A DNA stretch of 64,000 nucleotides. Source: Macrostomum lignano. Taxonomy: Eukaryota. Below, in pieces: positions 46,562-59,449 of the stretch (its first letter is position 1; every line of letters begins with the position of its first letter). The DNA lies in contig NIVC01000690.1 in the NCBI GenBank assembly GCA_002269645.1, positions 186,001 to 250,000 on the forward strand, given 5' to 3'. The notes beneath the pieces are model-generated. The model worked only from the letters and a program-made list of their open reading frames with translations. It was not told the origin of the DNA and searched no databases. Made by a program: the position numbers and the translations under genes.

Positions 46562-47410
46562 ATGCCTGGCGCTAAAAAGCAACAGCAGCAGCAGCAAGAC
46601 TACAGTCAGTTAAAACTGACCGAATTGCGAGAACTTTGTCACAATCGCGGCATCAAAGTGTCCGGTAGGAAAAGCGAACTAATTGATCGATTAATTAATC
46701 TGGATTCGAACGGACACGATTCGAACAATAGTTCGAATACTATTGCCGGGCATAGTAAGAAGAAGGCGGCAGCTGCAGCAGCAACAGATTCATTTGGCTT
46801 CAGCGTGGCTTACCGAGGCGCTCTGGTTGACTCGGGCGCCGGGGGCAGCGGCTCCGGCGGCTTTGACAGCTCATCAACGGCCACCATGGAAAACAACGAT
46901 CATTTGTCTCGAACCGAGTCGCAGTTTCAACTACGCCAGCTGGCTAAAGAACGCGAACGAGCCGAACGGGACCGATTAGTACTGTGGCGCCGTCCATTTG
47001 CTACAGTTTACTATGCACTGTTGGAGTGCAATTTTCTATTGACTAATTTGATTATACGGCTGTGGCATAATCGGCTGAGGGTAGGCCTAGTTGCTCTTCT
47101 GCTCATGGCTCTGGCCGGTCTGAGACATGTTGAAGGTCCGCATCGTCGGTATTTGGACATCGTCGAAGACACTGGACTGTGGTGCTCCTGGTGGATCTGG
47201 CTCGGGATCTTGTCTAGTGTCGGCTTAGGCACCGGCCTGCACACGTTTCTCATCTATTTGGGCCCGCATATCGCCCGGGTTACACTGGCCGCTTACGAGT
47301 GTCGCACTTTGGACTTTCCTCAGCCGCCATATCCTGCCGAGATTGGCTGTCCTAGCGAGACTGTGCCAGATACAGTGCTGGCGCCTTCTATATGGGCCAT
47401 CTTGTCTAAG
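46562..47410 (+). CDS. VMP1: VMP1 exon 1, with N-terminal SAP domain and low-complexity linker
   Basis: LVLWRRPFATVYY..WLGILSSVGLGTGLHTFLIYLGPHIARVTLAAYECRTLDFPQPPYP is VMP1; donor AAG/GTATCT at 47411. Confidence 0.92.
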
Positions 47411-47414
47411 GTAT

Positions 47415-49740
47415 CTTCTACTGCCTTCTCAAATCATCGCAGATCCTCTTCTGCCTTCTCAAATCCTCAGAGATTCTATCTTACCTTCTCAAATCTTTAC
47501 AGATCTTCTCTGCCTTCTCAAATCCTTACAGATCCTATCCTACCTTCTCAAGTCCTCACGGATCCTCTTCTGCCTTCTCAAATCCTCACAGATCCTCTCC
47601 TGTCTTCTCAAATCCTCACAGATCCTCTCCTGTCTTCTCAAATCCTCACAGATCCTATCTTACAAATCCTCTTCTGCCTTCTTAAATCCTCGCAGATCCT
47701 CTTCTGCCTTCTCAAATCCTCACAGATCCTCTCCTGCCTTCTCAAATCCTCACAGATCCTATCTTACAAATCCTCTTCTGCCTTCTTAAATCCTCGCAGA
47801 TCCTCTCCTGTCTTCTCAAATCCTCACAGATCCTCTTCTGCCTTCTCAAATCCTCACAGATCCTATCTTAAAAATCCTCACAGATCCTCTCCTGCCTTCT
47901 CAAATCCTCACAGATTCTATCTTACCTTCTCAAATCTTTACAGATCTTCTCTGCCTTCTCAAATCCTTACAGATCCTATCCTACCTTCTCAAGTCCTCAC
48001 GGATCCTCTTCTGCCTTCTCAAATCCTCACAGATCCTCTCCTGTCTTCTCAAATCCTCACAGATCCTCTCCTGTCTTCTCAAATCCTCACAGATCCTATC
48101 TTACAAATCCTCTTCTGCCTTCTTAAATCCTCGCAGATCCTCTTCTGCCTTCTCAAATCCTCACAGATCCTCTCCTGCCTTCTCAAATCCTCACAGATCC
48201 TATCTTACAAATCCTCTTCTGCCTTCTTAAATCCTCGCAGATCCTCTCCTGTCTTCTCAAATCCTCACAGATCCTCTTCTGCCTTCTCAAATCCTCACAG
48301 ATCCTATCTTACAAATCCTCACAGATCCTCTTCTGCCTTCTCAAATCCTCACAGATCCTCTCCTGTCTTCTCAAATCCTCACAGATCCTCTTCTGCCTTC
48401 TCAAATCCTCACAGATCCTATCTTACAAATCCTCACAGATCCTCTTCTGCCTTCTTAAATCCTCACAGATCCTCTCCTGTCTTCTCAAACCCTCACAGAT
48501 CCTCTCCTTTCTTCTCAAATCCTCACAGATCCTCTCCTGTCTTCTCAAATCCTCACAGATCCTCTCCTGTCTTCTCAAATCCTCACAGATCCTCTCCTGC
48601 CTTCCCAAATCTTCACAGATCCTCTCCTGTCTTCTGAAATCCTCACAGATCCTCTCCTGTCTTCTCAAATCCTCACAGATCCTCTCCTGTCTTCTCAAAT
48701 CCTCACAGATCCTCTCCTGTCTTCTCAAACCCTCACAGATCCTCTCCTTTCTTCTCAAATCCTCACAGATCCTCTCCTGTCTTCTCAAATCCTCACAGAT
48801 CCTCTCCTGTCTTCTCAAATCCTCACAGATCCTCTCCTGTCTTCTCAAATCCTCACAGATCCTCTCCTGTCTTCTCAAACCCTCACAGATCCTCTCCTGT
48901 CTTCTCAAACCCTCACAGATCCTCTCCTGTCTTCTCAAACCCTCACAGATCCTCTCCTGTCTTCTCAAATCCTCACAGATCCTCTCCTGTCTTCTCAAAC
49001 CCTCACAGATCCTCTCATTTCTTCTCAAATGCTCACAGATCCTCTCCTGTCTTCTCAAACCCTCACAGATCCTCTCCTTTCTTCTCAAATCCTCACAGAT
49101 CCTCTCCTGTCTTCTCAAACCCTCACAGATCCTCTCCTTTCTTCTCAAATCCTCACAGATCCTCTCCTGTCTTCTCAAACCCTCACAGATCCTCTCCTTT
49201 CTTCTCAAATCCTCACAGATCCTCTCCTGTCTTCTCAAATCCTCACAGATCCTCTCCTTTCTTCTCAAATCCTCACAGATCCTCTCCTGTCTTCTCAAAC
49301 CCTCACAGATCCTCTCCGTTCTTCTCAAATCCTCACAGATCCTCTCCTGTCTTCTCAAATCCTCACAGATCCTCTCCTGTCTTCTCAAACCCTCACAGAT
49401 CCTCTCATTTCTTCTCAAATCCTCACAGATCCTCTCCTGTCTTCTCAAACCCTCACAGATCCTCTCATTTCTTCTCAAATCCTCACAGATCCTCTCCTGT
49501 CTTCTCAAACCCTCACAGATCCTCTCCTTTCTTCTCAAATCCTCACAGATCCTCTCCTGTCTTCTCAAATCCTCACAGATCCTCTCCTTTCTTCTCAAAT
49601 CCTCACAGATCCTCTCCTGTCTTCTCAAACCCTCACAGATCCTCTCCTTTCTTCTCAAATCCTCACAGATCCTCTCCTGTCTTCTCAAACCCTCACAGAT
49701 CCTCTCCTGTCTTCTCAAATCCTCACAGATCCTCAGGATC
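47415..49740. repeat. 30-bp minisatellite filling VMP1 intron 1 (CCTCACAGATCCTCTCCTGTCTTCTCAAAT)
   Basis: Direct; explains the tail of ORF 46520 and ORFs 48423, 49029. Confidence 0.95.
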
Positions 49741-49822
49741 TGCCTTCTCTTAAATCCTTAATGTAGAAAGTGTTGGGATTTGAAATCAGTTGTGATCCCA
49801 ACGCGATTACAAAAATCCGCAG

Positions 49823-50032
49823 GTCCGACTCGAGGCGTTCAGCTGGGGCGCTGGCACGGCCATTGGCGAACTGCCGCCCTACTTTCTTGCCCGAGCTGCC
49901 CGACTGTCCGGCATGGATCCGGACAGCGAAGAGCTGGACGAGTTAGAGGAGCTGCTGCACGAGCAGCGACATCTGGCCCGGTCGCCGGCTGCTAAAACCC
50001 AGTTGCCGTTTAGCACTCGAGTCAAGCTGCTT
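49823..50032 (+). CDS. VMP1: VMP1 exon 2
   Basis: [30 protein letters not shown]; acceptor CGCAG, donor GTAAGC; 210 nt, phase 0. Confidence 0.93.
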
Positions 50033-50079
50033 GTAAGCTGAACTGTGGTTGCTATTAGTAAATTTGGGATTATTGATGA

Positions 50080-50660
50080 AGGATAAAGACTTCAGGAGCA
50101 TTGTCCCTCTCTGAGAATTTCCATTCAGGACAAAGACTTCAGAAACCCCCCTTTGAGAATATCCCTTCAGGACAAAGACTTCAGAAACCCCCCTTGAGAA
50201 TCTCCTTTTAGGATAAAGACTTCAGAAACATTCGCCCCCTTGAGAATCTCCCTTCAGAATAGACTTCAGGAACACGCCTCTGAGAATCTCCCTTCAGAAT
50301 AGACTTCAGGAACACGCCTCTGAGAATCTCCCTTCGGGATAAAGACTTCAGGAACATTGCCCCCTCGCCTTTGAGAATCTTCCTTCAGGATAAAGACTTC
50401 AGGAACATTGCCCCCTCTGAGAATCTCCCTTCAGAATAGACTTCAGGAACATGCTCCCTCTCTGAGAATCTCCCTTCAGGATAAAGTCTTCAGGAACATG
50501 CCCCCTCTCTGAGCATCTCCCTTCAGGATAAATTCTTCAGGAACATTGCCCCCTCTGAGAATCTTCCTTCAGGATAAAGTCTTTAGGAACATTGCCCCCC
50601 CCCTTGAGAATCCCTTCAGAATAGACTTCAGGAACATTGCCTCCTCAGAGAATCTCCTCT
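50080..50660. repeat. Degenerate ~45-bp minisatellite in VMP1 intron 2
   Basis: Recurring AGACTTCAGGAAC..TGAGAATCTCCCTTCAG. Confidence 0.8.
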
Positions 50661-50774
50661 CGTGATGCTTCATCTAGAAAATCGCTCCTAATGCAAATCT
50701 ATATAAATTGTTAGTTTTTAAGCATGCTTTGAACAATATCCGGCCTTATATACCTCAATTTCGAATCCCCGCAG

Positions 50775-51299
50775 GTGCACAACCTTGTTCAACGCCTCGG
50801 CTTCTGGGGCATCCTGCTGTGCGCCTCGATCCCAAATCCTCTATTCGATCTAGCCGGCATCACATGCGGTCATTTTCTAATCCCATTTCAAACATTCTTC
50901 TTTGCCACCCTAATTGGCAAAGCTGTGATTAAAATGCACCTACAGATGCTGTTTGTTGTGTTCGCATTCTCGCCGCATCTGGTTGAACGCTTGGCCACCT
51001 GGATTGGCGGGGCGCCATTGTTTGGCCAGTTTATGGAGTCGCTGATTCGCGACCTGCTGGAGAAACAGCGTCGGTCGCTTCATCGTCCAGCTGGTGGAGA
51101 GGCCGCAGCTGCAGCGGCAGCCTCCAGCGGTAGCGCCGGTCGCAGCCTCCTACAGCAGGGCTTTGAGCTACTGGTTGCTGGCATGATCCTGTACTTTCTA
51201 GTGTCAATTGTTAATTCCTTTGCTCAGAGCTACTACAAACGGCAATACCATCGGGACAAGGCGGTACGACGAGCTGAAGAGACGGCTAAGTTCTACTGA
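50775..51299 (+). CDS. VMP1: VMP1 exon 3 (last)
   Basis: [48 protein letters not shown]; spliced protein 527 aa. Confidence 0.95.
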   Translation: MHNLVQRLGFWGILLCASIPNPLFDLAGITCGHFLIPFQTFFFATLIGKAVIKMHLQMLFVVFAFSPHLVERLATWIGGAPLFGQFMESLIRDLLEKQRRSLHRPAGGEAAAAAAASSGSAGRSLLQQGFELLVAGMILYFLVSIVNSFAQSYYKRQYHRDKAVRRAEETAKFY

Positions 51300-52139
51300 T
51301 TGATTCGATTGATTTAATAATGATAATGATACAGTGGGAATAAAGGCTAAAAAGTAGTTGCAAACAGCTCACTAGCGACTCTTTGGCGACTTGTACCGTG
51401 ACATCTCGTCGTTTTAGAGTCGTTTAAAGTCAATCCTTTCTAATTTTACCCGTGGGACGCTTCTTGGCCTATAGGTACAGTTTTCATTGCGGTTGGGTAG
51501 GATACCCAACAAGGTAAAAAACCTTCAAATCAATGTAGGTCCATGGTATGGAAGAGAAACTATTAAGAAAAATATGAGAGATAAGGAAATAACCTCTTGG
51601 TCCAAATTATAAAGGTCTTTCCTTTTCTTATTTACAAATCGTTGAAAACTGTTCTCTCCTCTGTACCTGGCACAGTGAAATTCCAAAGTCCAGTTGCTTT
51701 TCGATTAGCTGGTTCTGTTTTGTGTTTGCTTTATTTCCTAGCGTCAAGTATGAGAAAATCACTTTCATCGTTTGCAAAAGAATTTCTGTGTAGAATACAG
51801 TTTTTGTTTTGTCATTAAATTTCTTTATTTCGACTAAAAATTTCGATTAAAATATACGTGAATTGTCACCTACCTGTGTATGTAGTTAAAACGATTTTAC
51901 TAGTTTCCTAATTTTGAGTTCCTTGCTTTTTGTGTCTTTAATTATCTGACTTAATTTGTCGCAATCGTTCCGAAGTAGTCGTTAAAAGCTAGTTAAGCTA
52001 TCTCGAGAATATTGCAAGTGACATTTTAACACCTAACAATAGTTTATGTGTAGCATTCCAACCTTAGTCGTGTCATGTCTTAACTTCGAATTTTATCACT
52101 TTCTGTTGTGAATCGCTTTTAAGATGGTTCGTTGAGCAC

Positions 52140-55070
52140 CAACAGCCTCCAACATCCTTATAGAATGGCCTCCAAAATCCTTATAGAACCGCCTCCAACA
52201 TACTTAATAGAATCGCCTCTGACAATCCTTATAGAATGGCCTCCAACATCCTTATAGAATGGCCTCCAACATCCTTATAGAATGGCCTCCAAAATCCTTA
52301 TAGAACCGCCTTCAACATACTTATAGAATGGCCTCCAACATTCTTATAGAATGGCCTCCAACATTCTTATAGAATGGCCTCCAACATCCTTATAGAATGG
52401 CCCCCAAAATCTTTACAGAATGGCCTCCAACATCCTTATAGAATGGCCCCCAAAATCTTTATAGAATGGCCTCCAACATCCTTATAGAATGGCCCCAAAA
52501 TCTTTATAGAATGGTCTCCAACATCCTTATAGAATGGCCCCCAAAATCTTTATAGAATGGTCTCCAACATCCTTATAGAATGGCCTCCAACATCCTTATA
52601 GAATCGCCTCCAACATCCTTATAGAATGGCCTCCAACATCCTTATAGAATGGCCCCCAAAATCTTTATAGAATGGCCTCCAACATCCTTATAGAATGGCC
52701 CCCAAAATCTTTATAGAATGGCCTCCAACATCCTTATAGAATGGCCCCCAAAATCTTTATAGAATGGCCTCCAACATCCTTATAGAATGGCCCCCAAAAT
52801 CTTTATAGAATGGCCCCCAACATCTTTATAGAATGGACCCAAAATCTTTATAGAATGGCCTCCAACATCCTTATAGAATGGCCCCCAAAATCTTTACAGA
52901 ATGGCCTCCAACATCCTTATAGAATGGCCCTCAAAATCTTTATAGAATGGCCTCCAACATCCTTATAGAATGGCCCCCAAAATCTTTACAGAATGGCCTC
53001 CAACATCCTTATAGAATGGCCCCCAAAATCTTTATAGAATGGCCTCCAACATCCTTATAGAATGGCCCCCAAAATCTTTACAGAATGGCCTCCAACATCC
53101 TTATAGAATGGCCCCCAAAATCTTTATAGAATGGCCTCCAACATCCTTATAGAATGGCCCCCAAAATCTTTATAGAATGGCCTCCAACATCCTTATAGAA
53201 TGGCCCCCAAAATCTTTACAGAATGGCCTCCAACATCCTTATAGAATGGCCCCCAAAATCTTTATAGAATGGCCTCCAACATCCTTATAGAATGGCCCCC
53301 AAAATCTTTACAGAATGGCCTCCAACATCCTTATAGAATCGCCCCTCAAAATCTTTATAGAATGGCCTCCAACATCCTTATAGAATCGCCTCCAACATCT
53401 TTATAGAATGGCCTCCAACATCCTTATAGAATGGCCTCCAACATCCTTATAGAATGGCCTCCAACATCCTTATAGAATGGCCCCCAAAATCTTTACAGAA
53501 TCGCCCCCAACATCCTTATAGAATGGTCTCCAACATCCTTATAGAATGGCCTCCAACATCCTTATAGAATCGCCTCCAACATCCTTATAGAATGGCCTCC
53601 AACATCCTTATAGAATGGCCCCCAAAATCTTTATAGAATGGCCTCCAACATCCTTATAGAATCGCCTCCAACATCTTTATAGAATGGCCTCCAACATCCT
53701 TATAGAATGGCCTCCAACATCCTTATAGAATGGCCTCCAACATCCTTATAGAATGGCCCCCAAAATCTTTACAGAATCGCCCCCAACATCCTTATAGAAT
53801 CGCCTCCAACATCCTTATAGAATGGCCCCCAACATCCTTATAGAATCGCCCCTCAAAATCTTTATAGAATGGCCTCCCACATCCTTATAGAATGGCCCCC
53901 AAAATCTTTACAGAATGGCCTCCAACATCCTTATAGAATGGCCCCCAAAATCTTTACAGAATGGCCTCCAACATCCTTATAGAATGGCCCCCGAAATCTT
54001 TATAGAATGGCCTCCAACATCCTTATAGAATGGCCCCCAAAATCTTTACAGAATGGCCTCCAACATCCTTATAGAATGGCCCCCAAAATCTTTACAGAAT
54101 GGCCTCCAACATCCTTATAGAATGGCCCCCAAAATCTTTACAGAATGGCCTCCAACATCCTTATAGACTGGCCCCCAAAATCTTTACAGAATGGCCTCCA
54201 ACATCCTTATAGAATGGCCCCCAAAATCTTTATAGAATGGCCTCCAACATCCTTATAGAATGGCCCCCAAAATCTTTACAGAATGGCCTCCAACATCCTT
54301 ATAGAATGGCCCCCAAAATCTTTACAGAATGGCCTCCAACATCCTTATAGAATGGCCCCCAAAATCTTTACAGAATGGCCTCCAACATCCTTATAGACTG
54401 GCCCCCAAAATCTTTATAGAATGGCCTCCAACATCCTTATAGAATGGCCCCCAAAATCTTTATAGAATGGCCCCCAACATCTTTATAGAATGGACCCAAA
54501 ATCTTTATAGAATGGCCTCCAACATCCTTATAGAATGGCCTCCAACATCCTTATAGAATGGCCCCCAAAATCTTTACAGAATCGCCCCCAACATCCTTAT
54601 AGAATCGCCTCCAACATCCTTATAGAATGGCCTCCAACATCCTTATAGAATGGCCCCCAAAATCTTTATAGAACGGCCTCCAACATCCTTATAGAATGGC
54701 CCCCAAAATCTTTACAGAATGGCCTCCAACATCCTTATAGAATGGCCCCCAAAATCTTTACAGAATGGCCTCCAACATCCTTATAGAATGGCCCCCAAAA
54801 TCTTTATAGAATGGCCTCCAACATCCTTATAGAATGGCCCCCAAAATCTTTACAGAATGGCCTCCAACATCCTTATAGAATGGCCCCCAAAATCTTTACA
54901 GAATGGCCTCCAACATCCTTATAGAATGGCCCCAAAATCTTTACAGAATGGCCTCCAACATCCTTATAGAATGGCCCCCAAAATCTTTACAGAATGGCCT
55001 CCAACATCCTTATAGAATGGCCCCCAAAATCTTTATAGAATGGTCTCCAACATCCTTATAGTATCGTTTC
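52140..55070. repeat. 23-bp minisatellite with alternating variants (46-bp higher-order unit)
   Basis: GAATGGCCTCCAACATCCTTATA alternating with GAATGGCCCCCAAAATCTTTA[CT]A. Confidence 0.95.
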
Positions 55071-57489
55071 CAACGTCACCCTTAAAAAGGTTTATTTTGA
55101 ATTGCTAAAATTTTCCCCAAAAAATTGATACATTTGGCTCATCAATTGCTTTTAACTCGGCCGTTTCTGATGCTACGGTATATTAATCAAATATATTTGC
55201 ACATTTGATATGCTCGTACTGATGCCACCATTAGCATAAAGTTCATAATGTTCTATCAAAAATTATTTGATATGCATTTGCTGTTAATTGTTTTCGGTAG
55301 TTATAAAATTTGATTTTACTTTCAAGTTTGATCTCTCTTACTATTGCTTTTCTATGAGTAGTCTGTTATGAATTATCTTTGCCTCATTACATTCATTATT
55401 ATAGCGATCCAATAGCAATTGATTGTGTGATGAATAACTTGTGCCATTTGTTTATCCGCTCAAAAATTAGTTTACCTCTGTTGCAATCCGCTATTCATTA
55501 CGTATGAGTGTATGTATTTGCACATGGGCTGTAACTGAGTCAGTCAGAAAAGAAATACGCGTTTTTTTTTTGTTTAGCCGGTAATGGTTTCATTTTTGCT
55601 TACTTATAATTACAGGTCAAAGCCTTCTAATTGTTATAATATCTATGTACACTTCACTGAGTATGTCTTAAGTGTTTTCTCCATTCCTGCATCCATCTTT
55701 TTGCAGTGTAATATTACTTACTCATTAGCTTCAATTTCATTAGTAAAATAATACACGTGCTTAGCAGAATGCTTACTTCAACATGAGATTTAATTCGCTC
55801 AGAATCGACTATGCCAAAGTTGTTTTCTTGCTTTATATCTCCCTCCCTCCCTAACAACACTTTAACTCGTTGATAAAATGAACGAGACTTTGCACCAAAT
55901 CAATGAATCGTCGGGTATTTTAAAACTTTACAATAGCAATCCGATCCGCTCAAGGTTTCTGTCTACTCCGCTCTCCTCTGTCTTATCTTCTATCTTTTTC
56001 TTATCGCATCTCTCGTCTCTTCTCTCATCCCTCATCTTCTACTCACTCTCCTTTCCACTTTCATCTTGCTAACCCCTGCCATAGACATTTTAAATGGACA
56101 AGTGAACTTAAAGCATCGATTCCATCAATCAAGTCTCTATTTTTAGAACTCTTTTTACATTACATGTATATACTTTTCCGACCTCGATTTGTTGTCTATG
56201 GTTGAAAGGCAATGATGTCCTGCATGTTCTGCTTGCCTCGGGAGGGGGGAATGCGGCTGGCTTCTTAAGACTTGAGAGCATAGTAGTAGCAGCATAAAAC
56301 AAAAACAATGGGCAATGCTTCGCCAATTAATCATTATCGACATAGTCAGCTTCAAGGCCTGGCCTTGCTTCAATCGGAATCAGTAATTATCGTCGACAAC
56401 CGGGAAGGCTCTTTTTTCCCGACTAATAGTATTAAGCCTCAAGCAAAAGTAGAGGCATCAACAGGTAGAGACAGTCACTGCGTTGTTGTCAATGACGATC
56501 ACCTGTTCCCAGACGCTGTAACTCCTAGCAAAGTTGATGTTAAACTGTGCGAAACTTACGACGTGCCGTATATGGACGATGACTGTTTCATACTGGACGA
56601 ATGTTGGTACATCACGGATGACAGCAGACTGACCTGCCTTCGCAGCGGAGAGTGATCAGGTCTGGACTAACATTTTACTACAATAATAATAGAAGTCGGT
56701 GAGTTTGAAATGTATACGTCTGACGTTTCTTGTTACCTTAAAATAGTTGAGTAGTGCAATTTATACAATTTTGGCTACCGATTTCGTTGGTCAATCAGAT
56801 AACAAACCACCCGAATATAACCTGAACTCCCACCTCCACCTTGCAGGCACATGAAGAAGCCCTGCATGAATGTTTGAACTTTCTGTAACTCGTCAGGTTC
56901 TCGATCTATAACTTTGCTCTTGAATAACTGTTTCTACATAAGACACAAACCTTGAGCAGACTTTGATTGCGTATTAAGAAGTTTCAAAAGAAGTTCGCAC
57001 ACCAGGTTGGCATTTGCGACCCGTAGCTGTTTCGTTTCATTACAAGGACTAAAGCACTTTCATAACTAGAAGAATACCATTGTATATACCATTGTAACAT
57101 TTCATAAGGCCTATTAAAAACTCGTATGAAATAGACATTATATGTAGGCATGGCTGTTAGTCATTCAAATATTAGTTTTAGGTTCACATTATTCACTGTA
57201 TATTTGCCATAATAGTTCTCGCGTATAGATATTTCTAGGTTAGTAAATAACCTTTATCAAGCTGGGTTTTTCGATAGCTATACTATGTGCGGGGCTCGTA
57301 CATTTAAACAGACCCCGTCAGTGGCTATTCCACGGAATATCCATGGAAGAATTGAAACTTTCTCGTTTCTACATGTACATTCTGTAGTACATTTGATTCC
57401 TTATCTGATCGCTCTCTGGTTTAGCTAAGGATAAAATATGCGCGTGTTAGATGGTTGATAGAAGAGTTGTAGTCTTCGCAAACTAACTA

Positions 57490-58839
57490 CTTCGGCTGTC
57501 CGGAAAGTCGTGAGAATGTGTCAATTAAGCAAGAAAGCAGCAAGCTGTTGACGTGGCACACATAAAATTTCAATAATAGACTCATAGATGTCTATGGTGA
57601 AAATTCTTGTTATTCTAGTAGCAAAATTGGGGGCAGGGGCGAGCTCAGTATAAAGTGCTCAATAGCAAATGCAACGCGATGATCAAGCTTGAAAATTTTG
57701 ACAGCGAGTTCTTCAAAATGGAAGACTTCCAGGGTTATGCCTATGCTAGATACCGTCTTGGAATCTCCGCTATCAGCTGTCATGACGAGCTGCTTAAAGT
57801 TTATAGAGATGCTGCACCAGGTCAGTCAACGGTTTACAGAAGGTATTCGAAGTTCCGTGACGAAGCATTTCCCCCGGTCTCAGCTCCTCGGACTGGCCGG
57901 CCACGGTCAACAAGGATAGCGGAACTGATCGAAACCTGCCGAGCTCTTGTTGAAGAGGATCCAAAAGTTAGTGTCCGAGACCTCGCTGACTTTTTGGAAG
58001 TTGGAAAAACAACAGTGCACGAAATTTTTACTGAGGATTTGCACCTTCGAAAAGTTTCTGCTGTCTGGGTTCCGCATGCTCTATCCGAGGAGAACAAGAC
58101 TGCTCGCATCAATTGTGCCAAGCAAATTCGCAGGCTTTTACAACGAGGGCATGGAAAACTTTTGCGACAAGTACGTGGTGGAGGATGAGACGTGGGTGTA
58201 CCTGAAAAACACTGGCACAAAGCAAAACAACAGGTGCTGGCTTGGCCAAGGGGATCATCGGCCCCAGGTTGTCAGGCACTCAGTCGGCAATGCAAAGACA
58301 ATGCTTCTGGTTGCTTTCACTCCAAGCAAGCGCTTCTCCATTGAATCCACAGCCCCAAAGCAAAATGTTGATGCAGATGGCATAGTTGAGTTCATTCGGC
58401 ACACCGGAGACCTATGGCGTACTCTGAGGTCAAAGCCAATTCACCTGTCGGATGTTCTTTGGCAGTGGGACAATGCGCGACCTCACGTAGCCCGTTCTGT
58501 GCAGCAGTACATGGAGTCCTGTGGAGTTCAGCTGGTGTTTCAGAGTCCTTACAGCCCAGACTTCAATCTGTGCGACCGTTTTTTGTTCAGTTGGATGAAG
58601 ACTGATCTCTCCAGGCGAGTGTTCAGCGACCACAATGAAGTTCGAGAAGCTGCGTTGCAATGGGCAAGAGGCCTTGACGAAGATTGCTTGAAAAGAGAGG
58701 TTCAGCGACTCGTTGACCATTTCCAAGCTGTAATCAACGCAAGGGGAGATTACATTACCAACTAGTGCTGTTATCGTGTTTTCTGATAGTTCTGACTGAT
58801 TTTTTAAATACATTCTCACGACTTTCCGGACAGCCGGAG
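57490..58839 (+). mobile_element. Mariner element, DD34D transposase split by one frameshift near 58140
   Basis: ~30-bp TIRs CT[TC]CGGCTGTCCGGAAAGTCGTGAGAATGT, TA duplications; WVPHAL, EDETW, DNARPH..YSPDFNLCD with 34 residues between the aspartates. Confidence 0.95.
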
Positions 58840-59449
58840 TACTCTTCACAAAAACATGGTAGACAAGCAAATAACAAAGCAGGAACTGAACTTGAAAGTT
58901 CCTGGGAATTCGCGGCCATCATCTCGGAGAAGTACGATTTCTGCTCAACAGAGTACACTGACTGGGCTTTCACTTTCAAAATTAAACTGGATTCGTTCTA
59001 AATGCTCCAGATTGTTCAAGCTTTGCAAGCGCAGGTTCAGCTAGTGGCTCCGCACGATATGGGACCACAACTTGTTCGACTCTTCAATTTTGAAATTCTA
59101 CTCACGATAGCTAATATTGTACTCTGTTCTGCAGCTGTATAACTATTTTTATTGTCATATTTGATTGACAGCTTCCGAAACAGAAGTAAAGCACTGTTCA
59201 TTTCAATGTAAATATACTGCAGCAAAAAGTATTCAAAACCTTATAATGTATATCATCGGATTTTCTCTCAAACGAGTCTGTCTATGGCCATGCATTGCCT
59301 GCGTACAATTGGCGCGCTTGTATGGGGTCAGAAGTCAGCGGCGTTGCACCGGGGTGCACCCACAACCGTCCTGTAGTAGACTCTCCGAACCAGTGGCGCA
59401 TACACAGAAATGTTATTTAGAGGGCGTTGCAAATCTTAGGGGCGTCGTG

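Noticed and set aside
46520-48637. 705-aa ORF as a single protein
   Set aside because: The real exon ends at the donor at 47411 and VMP1 homology resumes at 49823; the tail is intronic repeat
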